Part shown: positions 42,887 through 45,644 of the stretch, piece after piece
How the letters are laid out: each line of letters starts with the position of its first letter
How positions within the stretch are numbered: the stretch's first letter is position 1
From: a virus
DNA: 45,644 nt
Strand: one strand, 5' to 3'
IMG/VR virus record: IMGVR_UViG_3300045988_113672
Program-made: the position numbers and the translations under genes
Notes under the pieces: model-generated
The model's input: only the letters and a program-made list of their open reading frames with translations
Told to the model about the DNA's origin: nothing
Database searches by the model: none

Positions 42887-43021
42887 ATGGACAAATCCAA
42901 GACAGAATACAGAACAGGAATGATGCGCGAGCTAAACGATATACTCAGTGCACTGGGTGACGGAATGCTGGAAAAGGTTCTCGCATACGCGCGGATTGCA
43001 TACGAAAATGAGGAGCGGTAA
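42887..43021 (+). CDS. 44-aa hypothetical protein (below the track cutoff)
   Basis: GGAAGGAG lies upstream. It reads MDKSKTEYRTGMMRELNDILSALGDGMLEKVLAYARIAYENEER and is followed by the hairpin AGCGG/CCGCT plus a T-run. Confidence 0.4.
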   Translation: MDKSKTEYRTGMMRELNDILSALGDGMLEKVLAYARIAYENEER

Positions 43022-43032
43022 CAAGCCGCTTC

Positions 43033-43389
43033 TTATTTTTTACCTTTTATATATTCGCAGAAGTCGAAGAAAAGCTTCCAATACTCGTCGGGCATTCCAG
43101 CCAGCATGCGGAAGATTTCTTTTTTTTGTTCGTCCGCGCCAAGCATAATACGGTTGATCTCTGCATCGCGGTCAAACGGGCTGTCCATCTCTCCGTTGCC
43201 AGTCAGCAGCCACGATCTATTTACACCGAAGCAGGAGCAGATCAGTGAAATGGTTTGATCAGATGGATTGTTCTGACCGTTTTCAAGTTTTGTAACTGCA
43301 GAAATGCTGATGTGGATTTTGTCTCCGAACTTTGTTTTGTTGAGTCCACGTCTTTCTCTGATAGTTTTAATGCGTTCGCCAATAGTCAC
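43033..43389 (-). CDS. CI-like XRE-family repressor
   Basis: The GTG start is 6 nt after GGAGGTG. The HTH is IGERIKTIRERRGLNKTKFGDKIHISISAVTKLENGQNNP. It is divergent from the early plus-strand genes. Confidence 0.75.
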   Translation of the reverse strand: MTIGERIKTIRERRGLNKTKFGDKIHISISAVTKLENGQNNPSDQTISLICSCFGVNRSWLLTGNGEMDSPFDRDAEINRIMLGADEQKKEIFRMLAGMPDEYWKLFFDFCEYIKGKK

Positions 43390-43456
43390 GATTAACACCT
43401 CCACGTATATAATAGCCCAGCATCTAAACTTAGTCAAGTTTTTTATCAGAAAAGTA

Positions 43457-43485
43457 TTGACAAACTAAATTAAGTATAGTATCAT
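43457..43485 (+). promoter_or_regulatory. early rightward promoter (PR-like)
   Basis: TTGACA (43457-62), a 17-nt spacer, then TATCAT (43480-85). TAGTCAAG boxes at 43429 and 43493 flank it. Confidence 0.6.
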
Positions 43486-43537
43486 ACTGAACGTAGTCAA
43501 GAACGGAACCGAACCTAATGAAATTGGAGGCAGGAAA

Positions 43538-43699
43538 ATGAAAAAGAAACAAGTTTCCGCCGAGAAGCTTGAAGAAAAGAAAGCCGCGTTTGAAAAGGCG
43601 ATGGAAAATATGACGCCTGATCAAACGCTGCTTGTAAAAACCTTTATGGCAGGAGTAGAAGCTGCTTCGCGCATGGTCGATCACAAGAAGGAGGGGTAA
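43538..43699 (+). CDS. 53-aa first early protein (below the track cutoff; in the Cro position)
   Basis: GGAGG lies upstream. It reads MKKKQVSAEKLEEKKAAFEKAMENMTPDQTLLVKTFMAGVEAASRMVDHKKEG. Confidence 0.5.
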   Translation: MKKKQVSAEKLEEKKAAFEKAMENMTPDQTLLVKTFMAGVEAASRMVDHKKEG

Positions 43700-43701
43700 G
43701 G

Positions 43702-43884
43702 ATGAATGATTACAGGCGCTATTGGGACTTGGACGACGAGTACGTCAGGAAGACGTTTGCGCTGCTGGAAGAGGACATGAAGGCGTACAGGGAGACCGAG
43801 TACACGGACGAAGAGCAGAAGCGAAACGATCTTCGGGACATCGTGGAGATCATGCACAGCCTGTACAGGTTTGCGGGCGGTTAA
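43702..43884 (+). CDS. hypothetical protein
   Basis: The ATG follows AAGGAGGGG. Confidence 0.55.
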   Translation: MNDYRRYWDLDDEYVRKTFALLEEDMKAYRETEYTDEEQKRNDLRDIVEIMHSLYRFAGG

Positions 43885-43907
43885 GAATTGGGGCGGGCGC
43901 TGCGTGG

Positions 43908-44108
43908 TTATTTGTTGATTGCTTCGGTGGTGTCTGTGTTTACCGCCAGCTTGGTTTTCACACTATGCAGCTGCTTCGCAATCAGGGGAATGGCGCAGCC
44001 AGCAAATACATTGTTGTTCTTTATCGGAAGAATGAAAAATGCGCAATCTTCGCGCTTGCAGGGCGTGAAGCTGCACAACGGACAGCCTTTGGATTTGACT
44101 TCTGACAT
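43908..44108 (-). CDS. 66-aa Cys-containing hypothetical protein
   Basis: The internal ATG (MSEVKSKGCPLCSFTPCKREDCAFF...) follows GAAAGGAG. The remainder of track ORF 43908..44540 looks non-coding. Confidence 0.5.
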   Translation of the reverse strand: MSEVKSKGCPLCSFTPCKREDCAFFILPIKNNNVFAGCAIPLIAKQLHSVKTKLAVNTDTTEAINK

Positions 44109-44213
44109 GGGCTCCTTTCCGCGCCCGCCCCAGACCATTCTACAGCAGGAAGACGGGAAGAGCAATAGATGAGAAAAGGGCGGAGAAGCCCGACGGCAAG
44201 AAGGGGGCCTAAC

Positions 44214-44402
44214 ATGAAAGCAATCATCATCGCGCTGGCGATACTGGCTGGCGGATCTTACGCAAACACCTGCATCATGATCAACATGGCGCGCGAAGAA
44301 AACGCCACACGCTACTGCACGCTGGCGCAGGCCTTTAACACGATCACGTTTTTGCTGCTGTGCGCGGCGGTGGTTATCCTTCGATATACGCAAGGACAGT
44401 GA
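44214..44402 (+). CDS. 62-aa two-TM membrane protein
   Basis: ATG 44214 follows AAGGGGG. It contains MKAIIIALAILAGGS...ITFLLLCAAVVIL. Confidence 0.5.
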   Translation: MKAIIIALAILAGGSYANTCIMINMAREENATRYCTLAQAFNTITFLLLCAAVVILRYTQGQ

Positions 44403-44658
44403 CCACAAGCGTAGCGGCTGCAATGGCGATGGTGATAGCGGATACAATCCAGAACCGAGCGGTTTCACGCTTGCGCTGGATGGCCTGCCGCTTTTCATCC
44501 TCCGCATGCTGAATTGCTTGCTGCTGCTTATAATCGGCAAGCTCAGCGCGGGCTTGCTTCACCTGGTTGCTGATGGCAGACAGGTTTTCCGCAGAAGAAC
44601 CGGTATTGCGAGCGGTTTTCTCCTGCTGATCAGCGAGCATGGAGCCGAAATCGTACAT
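44374..44658 (-). CDS. 94-aa coiled-coil protein with a C-terminal TM
   Basis: The internal ATG (MYDFGSMLADQQEK...) follows GAAAGGGG. The TM is FWIVSAITIAIAAATLVVTVLAYI. Confidence 0.5.
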   Translation of the reverse strand: MYDFGSMLADQQEKTARNTGSSAENLSAISNQVKQARAELADYKQQQAIQHAEDEKRQAIQRKRETARFWIVSAITIAIAAATLVVTVLAYIEG

Positions 44659-44718
44659 ACAAAACACCCCTTTCCCGGCCATTATAGCACGCCGGGCAGG
44701 GATAGAAAAGAGGATCAC

Positions 44719-44856
44719 ATGAACGAGGACGCTTACTACGACCGCCTGCTGCGGGAGTATGACCGGGATGTGTGGGCTGACCTGGAGCGCGAGACCGAGG
44801 AGCGGCTGGCCGCCGGGGATATCGCCTATGACCGATGGAGGGACGACGGATGCTGA
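44719..44856 (+). CDS. 45-aa acidic hypothetical protein
   Basis: The ATG follows AAAGAGGA. It reads MNEDAYYDRLLREYDRDVWADLERETEERLAAGDIAYDRWRDDGC. Confidence 0.4.
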   Translation: MNEDAYYDRLLREYDRDVWADLERETEERLAAGDIAYDRWRDDGC

Positions 44857-44984
44857 TCGTAATCATCATCGCGGCCATTGCCTTAACGGCGCTTACCGCC
44901 TCGCTTGCCGGCGGCGCTGGAAGCTGCACCGACCATTACAGCGCGTACTACCGCAGCATGGCGCGGCTGACGGATAAAAAGTGA
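44850..44984 (+). CDS. 44-aa single-TM peptide (below the track cutoff)
   Basis: The ATG overlaps the upstream stop. It reads MLIVIIIAAIALTALTASLAGGAGSCTDHYSAYYRSMARLTDKK. Confidence 0.35.
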   Translation: MLIVIIIAAIALTALTASLAGGAGSCTDHYSAYYRSMARLTDKK

Positions 44985-45008
44985 TCAAAAACAAGGAGGG
45001 AAATAACA

Positions 45009-45644
45009 ATGTGCCAACTCAAATCCTGCCTGGTGCTCAAGGATCGCGTGTACTGCCCGGACTACGACAGCCACCAGGACATGCTGGACAAGCTGGGTAT
45101 CAAGGACGACTACCTGGGCGCCAGCAAAACCTTTGTGCGGGTGGAGCTTACGCCGCCGGACGGCATGAGATCGCTGATGGAGCCGCTGGACAGGTGGACG
45201 CTCAAGGTGGATCAGGATGTAACGCCCGAGTGGTGGGATGCGGAGGCCGACCGGCAGCGCGTGGAGGAAGCTGTTGAGGCATGGCGCAGGGAGCACGTTT
45301 TTTCGGAGGGCGAACACAGTATCAGCGCCGGAATTGTCTATGCTTTGAGCAGCGTTAAGGTGTATGCCTGCGGAAGCGCCACGGTGAAAGCCTATGGCAG
45401 CGCTAAGGTGACAGCCTACAACCGTGCCACGGTGGAAGCCTACGAACACGCCACGGTGACAGCCAACGGCAGCGCCAGGGTGACAGCCAGGAACAGCGTC
45501 ATAGTGAAAGCCTATGGCAGCGCCATGGTGGAAGCCTGGGAAAGCGCCACGGTGGAAGCCTACGAACACGCCACGGTGACAGCCAACGACAGCGCCAGGG
45601 TGACAGCCAGGAACAGCGTCATAGTGAAAGCCTATGGCAGCGCC
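45009..45644 (+). CDS. octapeptide-repeat (beta-solenoid-like) protein, open at the window end and finishing at nt 125
   Basis: ATG 45009 follows AAGGAGGGAAATAAC. The N-terminal domain is MCQLKSCLVLKDRVYCPDYDSHQDMLDKLGIKDDY...FVRVELTPPDG. At least 13 8-residue repeats follow. The track lists only out-of-frame ORFs here. Confidence 0.75.
   Translation, partial: MCQLKSCLVLKDRVYCPDYDSHQDMLDKLGIKDDYLGASKTFVRVELTPPDGMRSLMEPLDRWTLKVDQDVTPEWWDAEADRQRVEEAVEAWRREHVFSEGEHSISAGIVYALSSVKVYACGSATVKAYGSAKVTAYNRATVEAYEHATVTANGSARVTARNSVIVKAYGSAMVEAWESATVEAYEHATVTANDSARVTARNSVIVKAYGSA
45429..45644 (+). repeat. tandem 120-bp repeat (40 aa, five octapeptides)
   Basis: 45429-45524 and 45549-45644 differ at one base. 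A further partial copy is at nt 1-55. Confidence 0.9.

Noticed and set aside
1-45644. An integrated prophage with host flanks in the window.
   Set aside because: Both window ends lie inside the same phage gene and overlap by 32 nt. attP is intact, with phage DNA and identical arm repeats on both sides of the tRNA-Pro core. No attL/attR or host genes are present.

Overview
The window appears to be one complete, circularly closed temperate phage genome of about 45.6 kb. Nt 1-32 repeat nt 45613-45644, and no host flanks are visible. GC is high, and RBSs are Firmicutes-style GGAGG. A Clostridia-type host is my inference only. The modules run as follows.
- **Early genes and tRNA (43.5 kb, wrapping to 1.8 kb):** a CI-like switch at about 43.4 kb, early genes, a phage tRNA-Thr and structured RNA.
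- **Recombination and replication (1.8-8 kb):** RecE-like exonuclease, RecT, SSB, an ERCC4 nuclease, a CHC2 zinc-finger protein, and a DUF927-type helicase split by an intein in its P-loop. An iteron origin follows.
- **Accessory early genes (8-12.5 kb):** a frameshifted MazG, two DUF551 proteins, two Lar-like proteins, a C5-MTase-like protein and a sigma-r4-like regulator.
- **Inverted island (12.6-13.9 kb):** four minus-strand genes that include an XRE regulator.
- **Leader (14.0-14.76 kb):** a 750-nt non-coding region.
- **Packaging, head and tail (14.8-26 kb):** no tail tube, sheath or tape measure is recognisable.
- **Lysis (26-27.5 kb).**
- **Large proteins (27.5-37.9 kb):** a Q-rich coiled-coil protein and a 3127-aa polyvalent-type giant protein.
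- **Three-gene cassette (38.1-39.7 kb):** unknown function, with its own promoter.
- **Integration and lysogeny side:** attP carries the 3' half of tRNA-Pro(CGG) plus arm repeats, then a tyrosine integrase and low-GC genes.

Most long minus-strand ORFs in the track are GC-driven shadows. Several real-looking genes are under 60 aa or open-ended, so the track misses them. All calls come from reading the sequence by eye; no searches were run.
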